Source of the DNA: Dendrobates tinctorius
Lineage: Eukaryota
Direction: 5' to 3'
NCBI RefSeq assembly: GCF_039654945.1
Contig: NW_027361700.1
Location: 12,834,001 to 12,898,000, forward strand
Length of the DNA stretch: 64,000 nucleotides
The notes under the pieces were generated by a model that worked only from the letters and a program-made list of their open reading frames with translations, had not been told where the DNA came from and did not search any database. Shown here one piece after another: positions 24,004 to 40,866 of this stretch. A program made the position numbers and the translations under genes. How positions within the stretch are numbered: position 1 is the stretch's first letter; every line of letters begins with the position of its first letter.

Positions 24004-25549
24004 TATATATATATATATATATATAATCACAATCCAGGTATATACTGTATGATCCCCATCCAGGTATAAATGGCTCCCAATCCAGGTATACATGGCCCCC
24101 ATCCAAGTATACATGGCCACATCACCATCCTGATATACTGTATATGATCCCCCATCCTGGTATACATGGCTCCCATCCCCACCCGGGTATACATGGCCCA
24201 CCATCCTAATATATGTGGCTTCCATCAGGCCACACACATAAAAGAAAATGATTCTAATCACCTTCTCTCTGTTACCTCGCAGCTTGGAGTCCTGTTCTGA
24301 TGCCACAGCTGATTTCAACATGTAAGCAGCACATGATGTCACTGCCATGTGCCCCCCACATGCCGAAGTCAGCTGCCAAAACATTCACTGCTCAGTTGGA
24401 CGATCACGTGTGCCTGCTATTAAAGAGAATGAATATTCACTGTTCCACACGCCCATAGTCTCTCCCACCTCTAAACACTGGCTTCAGTGCATACAGGTGG
24501 AATCAACTATGGGCGTGGGGAGCAGTGAATTTTAATCTACTTTAACAGTGAGCACACGTGTTAGCATAAGCCGCCATCTCCTGCCTCCTGTGACCCGCTC
24601 CTCTGCCGCTGCCTCTCCCCACATCCCCCCATAACCATAGCCGAATTATAAGGTACATCTGGACTATAAGATGCACATCCCACTTTCCTCCAAAATTTTG
24701 GAGGACAAAAAGTGCATCTTATAGTCCGAAAAATATGGTACATTAGCTAATTTTATAATGCATCATATACAATGCTAGCACAATTTACTGATCGCTGGCA
24801 AATCCATCAACACGAATCTTATGGTCAGTTAGCGGGTCTTTACAATGTGCTAAAACATGACAGCAAATAACCGATTATAAATACTTTCGCCATGTAATTG
24901 TAAAAAACAATCAGAACCCTTCAAACAGAAAATAATCTAATGCCTGTAATAATCATGATAATTGCAGTCATATTGTAAAGATGGCAATCAGTGAAGAAGG
25001 CGCCATCAGTAAAAATGGCAGCATTTTTTTGTTCTGCTGTGGGGCTGGCATTCATTGTAACATTTGCTTCCATCCTAGCAAATCATATCATAAATGTACA
25101 GGACCCTGGTCTAAGGGCGAAACCGCAGAGGAATTCACATGAGATTTCCTTACAAAAAAAGTACTGTACATTCAGAGCTGAATGCCTCTATTGTTACACC
25201 CATACCGGTCTATATTAACTCCTTTGAGGATGCAACCAGTTTTAGTTTTTGGGATTTCATTTTTAACTCCCCATCCTCGAAGAGCCATATCTTTGTAATT
25301 GTCACTCGACATAGCCATATGAGGATTTGTTTTGTGTGGGATGAGTTGTAGTATTGAATCACGTCATTCAATTTAGCATATAATGTAGTGAGAAAAAAGA
25401 AAAAAAATTCCAAACAAGGTGAAATGATGAAAAAAAACCAGAATTTCCCCATTGTCTTTAGAGCAGTAAAAATGATCTAGCGATATGATTCTCCTGGTTA
25501 GTATGATTACGGTGATTCCTGACCTGTATAGTTTTACATATATATATAT

Positions 25550-25594
<45 letters not shown>

Positions 25595-27319
25595 TGTATA
25601 TTGTTTAAGGGGCTTAAAAAAGTTTGTAAAAAAATTTGGGCTTTTCTTCGTGATCATGAGATTTATACACAAGATATTTTGATACATTTTTATTGTAGCT
25701 TTGAGGCAAAGTGTTTTTGTAAAAAAAAATAATTTTTGATGTTTCAGTTGCTTTTCCCTATTGCAATTATATGATGGCTTAAATATTTTCATGTTTTGAT
25801 AAACTGGACTTTTACATGGAAATACCAAATGTGCTTATTTTTTATGTATTCTATTATTTCTAAACACAGTTTTTTGGTGATTACTTTGTATCTCTGTTAA
25901 TACTGCACCCACACACACAAATGGTACACCATTTGAAAGGTAAACTTGCCCCTTCAGCAAGAAAATAGCCAAACACACCACACATCCACGATTTGATCAC
26001 AAAATACAGTTTAAACATTAATTTTCATAAACCTGCAGTAAGGAAAAATGACCTGCAGGTGGCACCACAGTACCCCAAAGCACACTACCACAAAGCTGCT
26101 TACAGACAACACAAACAAGTCCAAACATTTGCCTTGGGGGCTTTCCAGCTTGCCGAACGGCTTGCCTAGCCTATTTCAGCCAAATTGGAGGATTGCACAC
26201 TTCACTGCAGGTGATGCAAACACATTTGTATACATGCACTTCTTTTTCGGTGATTACTTTGCCCCACACACACAAATGGTGAGTCACATATGCAAACACA
26301 TTTATAAACATGCACTGCTCTTTCGCTGATTACTTCGCCCCACACACAAATGATACGCCATTTGAAAGGTAAACTTGCTCCCTTCGGCAAGAAAAGAGCC
26401 AAACAAACCACGCATTCATGATTTTATCACTAAATACAGTTTAAACATTTTCATGAACCTGCAGAAAGACACAATGACCTGCAGGTGGCACCTCAACTGG
26501 AAGACATTTTTTGGCCTCTACTTATCAAACCAATTTATTGTATTACCAATCTACATATGTAAATACCTGTCTGTGTTCATCATCTCATGACATACATTTA
26601 CATTTGATCAGCTTGGTTTTTCTGAAATTGCCTGCGTCCCCGACAACCAATGTGCAAAAATTTTGCAAGGGCTAAGCTAGTTATTATTTAAATATTATTT
26701 AAATGGAGAAAAGTAGATGATTCAAATTTTTACACTTTTCTTTATTGTTTTACCCCTTAACAACCACCTATACGTCTTTCTACTGTGTCAGTTAAGGGTA
26801 CTTTTTCCTCAGCGCCGTTAAATAAGGTTATAGTGCCCCCCAGCGTCAGAAATTCTCTGTGGTCTCGGCTATCGGGGGATAGCTGAGACCCTGGAGAACA
26901 TGATTCAGTTTGGTTTTTACCGACCCCAGTATTGCGATCACCGTTATTCACGGCGACCGCAAAAAAAGTCTGATTTCCCATTTAACTTCTCTCTCCTCTG
27001 ATGTGATCTAGCACATCAGAGGAGAGAAAAATGGGGTCCCCAAGCCCCACCTGGTCCCTCCTGCATCCCCCGGTCCTCTCCCCTGACCGTCGGCGTCTTC
27101 CGGTAAGAAAATGACAGGCGCATACGCAATGCGCCTGCCTAGATCTGCTGCTTGGCACCTGTCAACAATAGATTTCTCCTACTGGTTCATTTTCATCACT
27201 GTTATAGACCCTATCACAGTGATCAAAATAAAAAAAAATAGTAAAGCAAACTCCCCTTTATCATCCCTTTACTTAGGTAAAAATAATAAAATAAAAAGAA
27301 TGTATTTGTTTACATTTTT

Positions 27320-27680
27320 CCATTAGGATTGGGGTTATAGTTGGGGCTACAGCTAGGGCTAGGGTTATGGTTGGGGTAATAGTTGGGGTAATAACTAGGA
27401 ATAGGGTTCGGTTAGGGTTATGGTTGGGATTATAGTTGGGGTTATAGCTAGGGTTGGGGCTAGGGTTAGTGTTGGCCTAGGGTTAGAGCTAGAGTTAGGG
27501 TTGAGGCTAGGGTTAGAGTGAGGTTTAGGGTTGGGCTAGGGTTAGGGTTGGGGCTAGGCTTACAGTTGGGGCTAGGGTTAGGGTCGTGTTGGGGTTAGGG
27601 TTGTGGTGTTAGGGTGGTGTTGGGTTTAGGGTTGTGGTTTTGGTTGGGATTGGGGTTAGGGCTGTGTTATGGTTGCAGTA
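27320..27680 (+). repeat. Degenerate telomere-like (TTAGGG/TTGGGG/CTAGGG) array, probably inside a non-autonomous DNA element
   Basis: Directly visible hexamer-like G-rich repeats. Confidence 0.75.
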
Positions 27681-27769
27681 AGAATTGTGGGGTTTCCACT
27701 GTTTAGTTACATCAGGGGGTCTCCAAACACGACATGGCACCCGTCATTGATTCCAGCGAACGTGAGACC

Positions 27770-28645
27770 ACCCATAGTGTTCATATAATGCTGCATGAAC
27801 CAATTATCGGCCTAAGTATATAACAGTACAGACACAGAGGGCTATTAAATGCATAAAGCATATGAGAACATGATGCGAGGAGCCTGGTTATGATAAAAAT
27901 TTTGAATGGGCCACACAGGTATAGTTAGGGTAATGTGTTGAGGCGGTAGGCCAGTCTGAAGAAATGCGTTTTTAGGGCACGCTTAAAACTGTGGGTATTG
28001 GGGATTAATCGTATTGACCTGGGAAGTGCATTCCAAAGAATTGGTGCAGCACGTGAAAAGTCTTGGAGATGGGAGTGGGAGGTTCTGATTATTGAGGATG
28101 TTAACCTCAGGTCACTAGTATAACGGAGGGCATGGGTAGGGTGGTAGACTGAGATGTAGGGTGGTGCTGAGCTATGGAGTGCTTTTTGGGTGAGGGTAAT
28201 AAGTTTGTACTGGATTCTGGAGTGGATGGGTAACCAGTGTAATGGCTGGCACAAGGTAGAGGCATCAGTATAATGATTGGTGAGGAATATGATCCTGGCT
28301 GAAGCATTCAAGACAGATTGGAGAGGGGAGAGTTTGGTAAGAGGGAGACCGATTAGTAGAGAGTTACAATAGTCCAGACGAGAATGAATAAGAGAAAAGG
28401 TAAGAGTTTTTGCAGAGCTGAAATTAAGAAAAGGTCAAATTCTAGAAATGTTTTTGAGGTGCAGATAACAAGAGCGAGCCAGTGATTGGATGTGGGGGTG
28501 AATAAAAGCTCGGAATCAAGTATAACCCCAAGACAGTAGGAAAGTTGTTGGGGAGTAATGGTGGAACCACACACGGAAATGGCAATGTCGGGCATAGGTA
28601 GGTTAATAGAGGGAGGAAACACGAGTTCAGTTTTTGACAGAGTTA
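27770..28645 (-). mobile_element. 5'-truncated L2-clade LINE (RT C-terminal region), frameshifted
   Basis: LSKTELV, LGVILDS, LHWLPIHSRIQYK, FSRAAPILWNALP, FKRALKTHFF motifs across several frames. Confidence 0.85.
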
Positions 28646-28710
28646 TAATCATAACTTGGAGTTATGACATAACATAAGAGTTATACTCATTCAGAAATTA
28701 CTATTCTTGT

Positions 28711-28885
28711 ATCATAGAATTCGAGTTGGAAGGGACCTAAAGGGTCATCATGTCCAACCCCCTGCTCAATGTAGGATTCACTAACCCATCTCAGACAGAT
28801 GATTGTCCAGCCTCTGTTTGAAGACTTCCATTGAAGGAGAACTCACCACCTCTTATGTCAGCCTGTTCCAATCATTAATCACCCT
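28711..28885 (-). mobile_element. CR1 LINE 3' fragment
   Basis: ATCATAGAAT...TTGGAAGGGACC...GGTCATC...TCCAACCCC, the reverse complement of the typical CR1 3' end. Confidence 0.75.
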
Positions 28886-30017
28886 GTAGCAGCTGTGTGG
28901 TACCATAACCCATTGACACCTCACAGTCATGTCTCACGTGGACACAACTCCATGTGTGTGCCACTTAAATACCACTATCAGATATTAAACAGCAGCAATA
29001 AGAGTTAGCTCTGATTCCAGCTGCTAGAGATGGGTTCTGGCTGTGTAACACGGCTGGCACCTGCCTTGTGTGGAGAAGGCTGAGCTTCTGAGCCTTCTAA
29101 AGACACACATTTAGCTTACTCAGATTTGTGGCTCTGGTTGTTCTTGTTTCCAGATTTGTTTTATGTGTACTGTATAGGAAAATTTGGTGTGAGTGCAATG
29201 AAGTGAAAGAATGACAATATTTCGCTTTTCAGATGATGTGCTTGATAACAAAATTCCTAAATAAAAAAGCACATTTGAATCATTATACTAATATTCCAAT
29301 GTCACTGTAGTTTAGTGACATAGCTCCAGTATTTCTAACATGGACTCAAATGAGCACATTATAGACTAAGTCCACACTAGATTTGGCTATTATAGATTTA
29401 GCGGGGCCGCATTGGCCTTTATGCCTATAGAGTCAAGACTGTAGCTAGAGAAGGTGCATGGTTATATGGCAGGTGCAGGACACTATCCCTTATTTTGTAT
29501 TTGTACTCTATATAGTTTTAGACAATTGTATTGACAAGTAATGTTGAATGCACTTTTCTGTACAGGATTGCTTTTTATCCTGGGTGTCTTTTTTGGCATA
29601 TGTTTTCCTAATTAAGTCTACAGCCACATGGCGCATACATCAGGAGATTTCTACGCTGATCTTACACCACAGATGTGATGGGGACTTAGCCTCACCTCCA
29701 TTAATTGTCCGGTTGAATACAAAGTAATGTGTTCTGTAAGAAGCCGGGCTGTAAAGAGGCTTGATCGTCAATGGTGTACCTGAATGGAAGGCCAGAAAAT
29801 GATTCACACCCCTGATCCCTGCTCTAGCTCACTAGCTACAATTCTCATACCTTCCGGAACATTTGCTAACATTTATGTAAACAAAATCGGGTGGAGATTT
29901 AGTAATAGTAACTGAAACATGACAGCATAAAACTAGATGAGACAGGTAGAGCCTGCACCAAACATATCACATCAGCTAACAGCGCGTAAAAAACTTGTCG
30001 CGTCTTGTAAGGAGTAA

Positions 30018-30324
30018 GGCTATGTGCACACGCTGCGGATTGGTCTGTGGATTTGTATCTGCAGAACCGCAGGTAAAATGACCTGCGGTTTTACCTGCGG
30101 TTTATCACCTCTACAATGGAGGAGACGGTAAACCGCAGCAGAATCCGCAGAAAAGAATGACATGTCATTTCTTTCTGCGGATTCAAAACCGCAGCTTTTC
30201 CGCAGTTAAAAATCCGCAGCATGTGCACAGCAGAATGCAAATCACATAGACTTACATTGTACTGTACACTGTCTGCAGAACTGCTGCGGATCCGCAGAAA
30301 AAACCGCAGCGTGTGCACATACCC
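30018..30324. mobile_element. PIF/Harbinger-type MITE
   Basis: TIRs GGCTATGTGCACACGCTGCGG / CCGCAGCGTGTGCACATACCC; TAA/TTA flanks; internal CCGCAG repeats. Confidence 0.88.
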
Positions 30325-33300
30325 TTAGACACTTTTCTCTTCTTTACGCCCCTTCTTGACAGCCTTACTGTACACCAGCAATAAAATAAGGGTGCACCAT
30401 ATTAATAAATGTGGGTATTTTAAGACTCTTTTTGACATGTACCTTATCGAAACACTTTATAAAACTGTCTACTGAGGTGTAAAAAGTGTACAAAGCACAT
30501 AATAAATCTGACGCGCGACATGTATGGCTGTTTTCTTGGCACAATTTGAGCTACATACAGTAAATCTTTCCCCTGTGCCTCTTTTATTGTAAATTTTATT
30601 TTTGTTTTGGTCAAGCATTCTTGAGATCTCATTCTTATACTTCAGAATTATTTGTTTTGTTTTATGTTTTTACATATAAATTACCATTTGTTGCTTTTTT
30701 TTTTTAATAAATGCGGTCACAGCCCAGATCATCTCTATTACAAACATTACTAAATCCCTGAACTAAATAAAAGGTATAAGGAATCTCACACACACAGGAT
30801 GGGGGGAACTTAAGTAATACTAAGCATTTTGGAGGGGGGATGGGACATATAGCATTGAATGTGCTATAAGATACTATTAATTTAATGAATGCATACACTG
30901 AACTTGCGATGACTTCTCAGCCAAATGGAAAGGAAGCAAAGTTGGAACGACACTCATCATACTGGACAGAGTGTTCCTTTATTGTCAGATCTATGTGTTT
31001 AATACATCAGTAGATTTATTCAATACTTTAAAGCCATCTTGTCAGTTTCTGAGGCAGGGCGGCAAGAAAGAAGGAGCTGAGTGGCCATGTCACTCCACGA
31101 TATTTGTAGAATCACACAGAATTTGTGGGCAGGAGATTGTGGGTTTAAATGCCTGACCAAGACCTTTTTGCTCAAACATCTGCGTTTTTTTTCTATTTAA
31201 AGGCCATCAGGGGTCACTTTGGAGGAAAATGAGCTTACCCATTTGTATGTTAGCGCATGTTCTACATCTTCATGAAAAAGAGATGGCGTTATAATAAGGA
31301 ATAAGTGTATTACAGCATCGTCTAAAATGCTCTACCCATCGATTCTGAAGTACAAGTGAAAGAAGTTCTCAAAGTTATGGTTTTTTTAAGAACCTGGGAC
31401 AAGGCTAAAGATGCATGTTATGTGCATGGAAGATGTTGGAGATATCTGACTTCCCACTGACAATTTTCAGATAAAAGCATATTTCAGGTTAGATTGCAGC
31501 AATTTCAGATCTTGGTCAACACAACATTCTTTTTTATCAATTACTGCAATCCAAAAGATATCACTGTTGCATTTTTCAGTCGACATTGGACTGTTTGATG
31601 ACTTTATATTGAGGCGTATATGAGGTGTTAAAAAAAATGTAAAAATTGTTTTGTACAGCCATATTCTCAGAGCCCTAACCTTTTTTTCCTTGTCATTGGA
31701 GCTTTGTAGGGCCTAAATTATTGTCTGATGAATTGATGTTCTCATTTCATTGGAACTAGTTTGTTTTACATATAACTTTTCATCACTTTTTATTTCATTA
31801 TTTTGAAGGCTAAACTATCAGGCCCGTGTTGTTTTTTTGGTTCCATTTTTTTCTATGGTGTTCAGTACACTTGTTATATGTCAGGTTGTTATATTCATAG
31901 AAATACCAATTAAGTGTTTTTTACTGTTTAATTTTTTGATAAGAGTTCTTACATTTTATTTTTATGTTTTGAACATTTCATGAAACTTTTTTTTTGGTCC
32001 ACTTAGGGGACTTGAACTTTTATGAGCCTGATCACTCTCAGGATACACTGTAATGCTTCTGTATTGCAGTGTGTTAAGCCTATCAGTGGATAGAACACTT
32101 GCTCATTAAAGTCTATGATGATATTCATATGTCTACTTTTTTTGTGGACCGTATATCAACAAAAGAAACAGACAGAGTTTGTTGTCATCAGAGTCATGGA
32201 TCAAAACTATCCATACCAGTGTATGGGACTGTGAAAATGCTTAACAGAAGATTGATGGTATTAGTGTACAGCCCATGATTAACATAGCAATGGAAAGGTG
32301 AAGCTTTATAAAAATGTATTTTCTCATATGTGAAAATCACTGATGGTAAAACTGACCCTGACCAATCACAGATCACACTTTTTTTTGTGCATGTGAAAAT
32401 TCACAGATGTCTGAATGAGGCCTTACGCTGACGGACATCCCATTAGACCCAACTTTTGTCTGACCACTTATGTTTTGCAGTTCCTGTTGACCATGTCATC
32501 TAATGGGTAAACTGTATAGACTGGAGTTCACTTCTATCCTCTCAGTTTAATCAGAAGCGAGTGATTTTGATATCGGCCACAATCCAGTACTTCCACGATC
32601 ACCTTGACTTATATATACACATATCAAATCAGCAAAAGTACATTAGAAAAGGAACAAATTCCGGTCTCTTTTTGCTTCTTTGTTTTGACCTTAAACAAAA
32701 GTCAAAAATGAAAAATCCCAGCATCCTCCCCCATCCCACACCTTTGCCTTCCCTCCCATGTGTGTCTTGAGTTATTTAGCAAATTTTGCTTAAAACTGTT
32801 ATGCTGTAGATTTGGGGTTTAAAAATATATGTGTCCCCCCAAAGAGCTCCTACAACTATCAGTTTATGACTCCAAAATGTAACAGCTTATCTCCTTTAAT
32901 GATAAAATGGTCTGGTATTTTGAAACTAAACCTACCTAGCCCTTTTTTCCCCAACATCTCCCATCTTTGTAGAGTTAGGACACCACTATATCAATTTTGG
33001 GGGGCTTTGCCGACATTCCTCTCATGTGTATGGCCACCTATAGGCTGGTTTGACTACTCAGGTGTTCATTTGAGCTTTAGATTGCAGATCTTTCAGAATA
33101 GTGTCATAGCCATAAAGCTATGGCAAATCTCTTTTATAATAGATCCCAACAAGTCCCAATGAGTGCCATATATATGTATATATATAATAATATAGGATCT
33201 GTAAGTTTTTTTCAGGTGTTGTAGTATTTTTTTTACTGGAGAGATAGCCCTATAGAATATACTATACCGTGAGTCAAAAATACTGAAACCCTGATAGAAA

Positions 33301-35371
33301 TACGTAAGCACCAATATAGACGGAGACTTGCGAGCAGAGATAAGTATGGAAAATTCACACTTGTCCAGAATTCTTATCTCTGTCCTTCACTGTGAAACCA
33401 CACAAAACGTCCCATGGATTTTCACAGGATCTACTGTGCTCCAAAACTACCGTATATAATAAAAACATCAATCCTGACATTTGGCTGTGAATCCTACAAG
33501 AGGATGAATGCAATGTGGGGTAGATACCACTTCATTCATTGGTATTATTATATTTTTTTCAAGTTCAGTCATTTGAATTCACTATAAAAGTGAAGTTTGA
33601 AAAAAATGTGTTTTCCCCATTTTGTTTAAAACTCATTTTTTTCTACATTGCATTGAATAATATGACTGACATGACTGATTTTAATATTTTTCTATTTACT
33701 GGGTAACACGGTACAAAGATATATTTTACCTGTATCATGACTGATAGGGAAATTTTAAAAAAAAGGTAATGAGATGTTTACCTGTAGAAAGTTTCTGCAA
33801 CAAAAATTCTACTCCAAATGTTTGAATGATGTTGTTTCTTCAGCATGGAAATTAATTTTTTAAACCCTATAAATAAGGATGATTCGGACTGTTAGAAGAT
33901 TCTGCAACAAAACTTGCAAATGTACATGAAAAATAATATCACAACCATTTACCGAGAAAAACCTAGAACGGAGGATGAACAAAAAACATTCCCATCTTAA
34001 ACCGAAACCCTACTATTGGCATGTATGCATATATGTCTGTCTTTGTATGTGTGCATATGTATATGTATGTGTGTGCATATACGTGCCTGTCTGTGTATAT
34101 GGGTTTATATCTATGTATGGTATGTGTGCGTGTGTGTGACAATGTGAATATATATATATGCCAAACTTACAGAGGGAATAACAGGGCAATGGTTAATAGT
34201 TATCGCAGTCACTTTCATATATGGTTAGTTTTCTATTTTATACTGTCTTTTCCGATCAAATGCAGGATGAATGGAAAACTGATTTATGAATAGACATTTT
34301 CACTATATTTTTTCTTTAATGTATCAGGGGTCATTTATGTCCTAAAGATAAAATAACTTAGGAATGTTCTTAGGAATGTTTACTATCAATAGCGGTCTGT
34401 TTTTCTGAATAGTTGATGTTTTTGGTTCAGTTGATAGACCCCATTTATTTTTTTAAACAGAATTGATGAAAAAGTGCTTTACTTTTCAGTCATCAAAAAA
34501 AACATACATAGTATAATAGCATGTTACTCAATCTGCATCCGCACTCATCCAGCAGAAAGTCCTGAATACGTGAATGGTGTAATGTGATAATGTAATCATT
34601 TGATTCTGTAATTAATCTATATTTTTTCAAGATATATCTCTTTATTGATCTATTTAGAAATGTAAGCATGCATATTTGTACGTATGTTTTTATTGCATTT
34701 CTGTTTGTTTGTTTTTTATTCATTTATTACATTGTTTTTTATTTCTTGTTTTTTTAACTAATTGTTCACCTTTTTCTTAAGCTATAGGTTAACCGTTAAC
34801 AGCATAAAACATTTGATAAGTTAACAAAACAAAATTGTAAATCTTTTGCAGAACTGTGTCAGAATTTCGCTTTATTTACGACAGGTTACAGGGCGCGCTT
34901 ATTGTTGGAATTATAATGAATAGAAGCCAACTAACCCATTTTCTTTCATTCTCTCTTTGAATATTGCAGGGTCAAGTATAGCTCTGTAATGTCATGTCAG
35001 TAATTGTCCAGAAATTGTGCTAAATGTTACGTTATTGATGAACTATGAAATAATAAAAGAATCCGTGTGGTACAAAAAATACGATGAATTAGAAACAAAA
35101 ATCACACGCAAAATAAAAATATTAATTGTAAAACACACATCTAGCGTATTATCTGTATCAACACACAAGATTTCTGCAAATATTGTGTAAAATGTTTTGT
35201 AATATATGATTTTAAATTATATAATATATCAATGGCTATAAATAACAAACCTAAACTTGATGTAGTTATTTAATAGAAAATATTAAATGTATCCAAGTTT
35301 AAGTGTTCTATTTTCAAATATATAATACAATACGTAAAATAATAGTAAATGAATATGTATATACATATGTT

Positions 35372-35406
<35 letters not shown>

Positions 35407-36270
35407 TTGTTAAGCATATGGATCTTACTTAGCCACATAACCTAAAATAAGTTACTTTAGGCACAAATTCATCATTTACAAAAATTTACCTGTCTTATAT
35501 GTTTTTCATTTTATTAATGTACCTTCAAATGTTGTAATGCAGATTTTATGAATGTAAGTTTTATAAAAGTATTTCTGGTAAAAATTATGTTGCTCTTTTT
35601 TTTAGCACAGAAAATGGCTGTGGAATAGTTATATGTCTAAAAAAACAGCATGTATATTATTATTATTATTATTATTATTATTTATTATTATTAAAGCGTC
35701 ATTTATTCCATGGCGCTTTACATGGGAATGAGTAAGTAACAAGAAAAAATATATTTTCAAGCATTCAAATCATATCAGCTTTTATATCAAGCAAGATTAC
35801 CAATAACATTTGTAAAACGTGCTTGATAAAAGAACATCCATGCTCTAAAAGCCTCCAGATATCATTTTTGAGGGTTATTCAATAAGGAGCATCACTCTTA
35901 TATTACTATACCTATGTATATAGGGATTTTTTTCTAGAGAAAAAAAGATCTATTTTACAGCTTTTTTGGCACACACAATGTTGTAAGGTTTTGTTTTGTT
36001 TTATTATATCTGTAAAGCAAGATATTATATTTTGAAAATGTACCAAGTTAATGAAATGATTGCCGGTGATACATTAAAAAATATACTTTGTTAATTAACT
36101 TTGCAGATGTATAAATTTAATTGATCCTTACCTGTAAAGATACAAAGAAAAAAAATAGCATAGCTAGCTAAATTTAACTGATCAAAACGTGATTGTGATT
36201 TTTTTTTTCTTTTGGAGCAAAATTCCTAATCCTTGTGAAGTGTGAGAATTTTCATTCTGCTTCCAAAGCT

Positions 36271-36303
36271 TGTGCGTGTGTGTGTGTGTGTGTGCGTGCG
36301 TGC

Positions 36304-36361
<58 letters not shown>
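36271..36361. repeat. (TG)n microsatellite
   Basis: Directly visible. Confidence 0.95.
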
Positions 36362-36362
<1 letters not shown>

Positions 36363-37649
36363 GGCGCGCTTATAAGTGCATGCTTTAAAGTATAAGGATA
36401 AATGGACCCTTTTATACAGGTGGCAACATATTTATGCAGTACATATGTAAATCTGATGAAAAGAAAAAGTATACATAAGACAAATGCCAATTATATGCCA
36501 GCTCTATACCCTTTTTGTCAGTTCTGTATACAGTTGGTACACAGTTACAGTTCTTTTTTTAAGTATACATATTGGGTGTTTTTATTTTTTACTTTGGACA
36601 TCTAACATACACACAAGTTTTAAATATAGCTATACAGACACAACTTTATACAAAAAGAAAGAAGGAAAACCTTATGGTAAAGTGTGGACATGTCCCAATC
36701 CAGTCTTGTAGTCTCTATAGAGAAAATCAACTAAAAATACCACATCAAAGGAAGAACAAAAGTTTCCAAAGGTGAACTTCCAGCCAACAATGTGAGTCAT
36801 GTCCTCATTTGAATATACTGCTTGTTCTGCGCCACGCCATCAATCCTGCCTTACTGGGCTGACTATGGGCTATGTAACACCTTTGACCTCGCTCACTTTT
36901 ACAGTTCTATTACACTATTGCACTCCTATTTGCAAGTTTAAGGAGCACAGTAAAAAGTTCCTAGTGCTACAGCACAGCCAAGCCGCTAGGCTCCAGTAAA
37001 TGGACTCAAAAAAGGTTATGGATCCGAACACTGACCCCAGCCACTTCCAGCATGTGTTTGTTGCAGTTCTGAATTCTTGTAGGCTTCTTTTTTTTGCATT
37101 TGTTTAAGGTATTTGCTTTTTTTATATATAAATATTTTTTTAGACTTTAAAGCTGTGTTTTTATTAAATAATGTGTTGCAGTATCTGTATTTTGGTGGTA
37201 GGTTTTAATGCATTCTTTATTATAGATCAAGTGATTCAAAAATTCAAGGATCCTGTGATTTGAATGTGAAAAATTCAACAACAAAAGTCACATAAAAAGA
37301 AGCAAAACATAATGGTATGTGATTAATTTATCCAGGGACTAAAATACAATGGTGGTCTATCGGGGAAGACATTCAAATTTTCCTAAAAAAAAAAAGACCA
37401 ACACTACAACATTGTGGGTTTGTGAACAAAAATGCCACTGACGCAAAAATTTGCAAGGAAATACATTTCTTATGCAGCTACCATCTGTAGAGTTTTTGCC
37501 CAAAGAAACATGGCAAAAAGAAAAGAGAAATGATCAGAAACAAGTAGAGTATTTTACTTAATTCTATGCAGTTTTCAATGTACCCTTGTTGTAAAAGTAT
37601 GTGCCAAATTTAACGTCCTTAAATATGCCTTTTTCTATTTATATATTAT

Positions 37650-37897
37650 GCATTGCTTATAGAGCGCCATTAATTCCACAGAGTTTTATAGACATTATCA
37701 TCACTGTCCCCGATGGGGCTCACAATCTAGATTCCCTATCAGTATGTCTTTGGAGTGTGGGAGGAAACTGGAGAACCCGGAGGAAACCCACGCAAACACG
37801 GGGAGAACTCCTTGCAGATGTTGTCCTTGGTGGGATTTGAACCCAAGCCCCAGTGCTGCAAGACTGCAGTGCTAACCACTGAGCCACTGCGCTGCTC
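37650..37897 (-). mobile_element. tRNA-derived SINE (V-SINE-like)
   Basis: Minus strand A box TGGCTCAGTGG, B box GGTTCAAATCC, central GGGTTTCCTCCGGGTTCTCCAGTTTCCTCCCAC. Confidence 0.8.
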
Positions 37898-38371
37898 TTA
37901 TAGTTTCCTATGCCAAAATTTAAAAATTATGAAAAGGGGAGAGTTGCATAACTTTTTGACATTAAGTACAACATAATTCTTAATGTATCTCTATATAAAA
38001 GATGCAACAAAAAAACTATTCTAGACAGGTCATACCTGTCTTAAAGAAGGTATGAAATAAATGTATTGAACTTTTAAAATGATACAAAAAAAAAATAATT
38101 TGAGCAAAATTAAACAGTAAAAGACAACATTTTGACATTTTTCTGATATTCAGAAATGAAAAGTATAAACGCTTCTTTGGCATAATTTGCTCCAAATTCA
38201 CCATGAAAGTGTGACTTTTGATAAATATGGAGGGGCGAAGTTGCAGTAAGTACACCGAAGATTTGGCTCAAATTACACCTTTTTTAGCCTAGACTTGTCT
38301 TTGAAAGCACCTGCAGGGAGATTGGGGTGAATTCAGCCTTCTGCCCTTGGCAGTGAAGGTTACTAAAAGAA

Positions 38372-38390
38372 CTGCGCCCTCTGGTGGTCA
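38372..38390 (-). promoter_or_regulatory. CTCF-like motif
   Basis: Minus strand TGACCACCAGAGGGCGCAG, a very close match to the CTCF core consensus, in otherwise AT-rich DNA. Confidence 0.7.
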
Positions 38391-39168
38391 GAAGTTAGGT
38401 CACGTTTATATGTAAGGTCAAATGAAAACATATTTTTTGTGTTTTTTAGGGGGGTTCGATTAATTGTGTGTCCCACATAAATCTTACTATGTAAGTCTGA
38501 ACTTGGATGGTGACTATCTGCTCTGAGAGAATTGTAGTGCTCCTTGTAAATCATAAATACTGACACTTTACATGTATCCTAGAGATAGCAGCTAGGAAGC
38601 GCCTCATCCAGCCACATAAATAATGGAGCTGCTTTGGTGGAAGTTGCTAGATATATTGTGTATTCAGGCACATCTGCACAATTATCTTGTTATAATTTCA
38701 CTATTTTCATTGCTGACACTCATTTCCCAACATCATCCCTTCCTCATAAATTAATATAATCTGCAATGAAGCTAACACCATGACTTGTCATCACACACTT
38801 TCCTAAAATATTGCTTCACCCTTTCAAGGAACTTATTGAATTTCCTGTGGGAAATATTGGTTATAAAACAAGATCAGGCTAAAAGAAATATATATGTATT
38901 TGTAATATTCAACTCAAGACTGAAATGCTATATTTCATTTTAAGGGCTGTGTTTCTAAAGGCTTCACTATTATTCCCGTGTACTGGAGACTGATTGTAAA
39001 CCTTTCTTTAGGGTCAGATGTGAATTATGGAGACCTCAGCCCAAAACCTTTACATATGTAAATCAGAAAGGCAACCTTTCTTGAAGAATGCATAATTTAC
39101 AACAAGCAAAAACAATATATAAAAAATGAGATAGATAGATAGATATGGGATAGATAGCTAGATAGATA

Positions 39169-40771
<1,603 letters not shown>

Positions 40772-40828
40772 TAGATAGATAGATAGATAGATATGGGATA
40801 AATACATAGATGTGAGATAGATATATAT

Positions 40829-40866
<38 letters not shown>

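Larger units (their letters stand above)
21158..24738. mobile_element. Non-autonomous pogo/Tigger-like element hosting two Tc1 copies and a Penelope-like fragment
   Basis: TIRs CTGTATTTTTCAGACTATAAGATGCAC / GTGCATCTTATAGTCCGAAAAATATGG with TA flanks; contains an assembly gap, so pairing of the ends is inferred. Confidence 0.7.
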
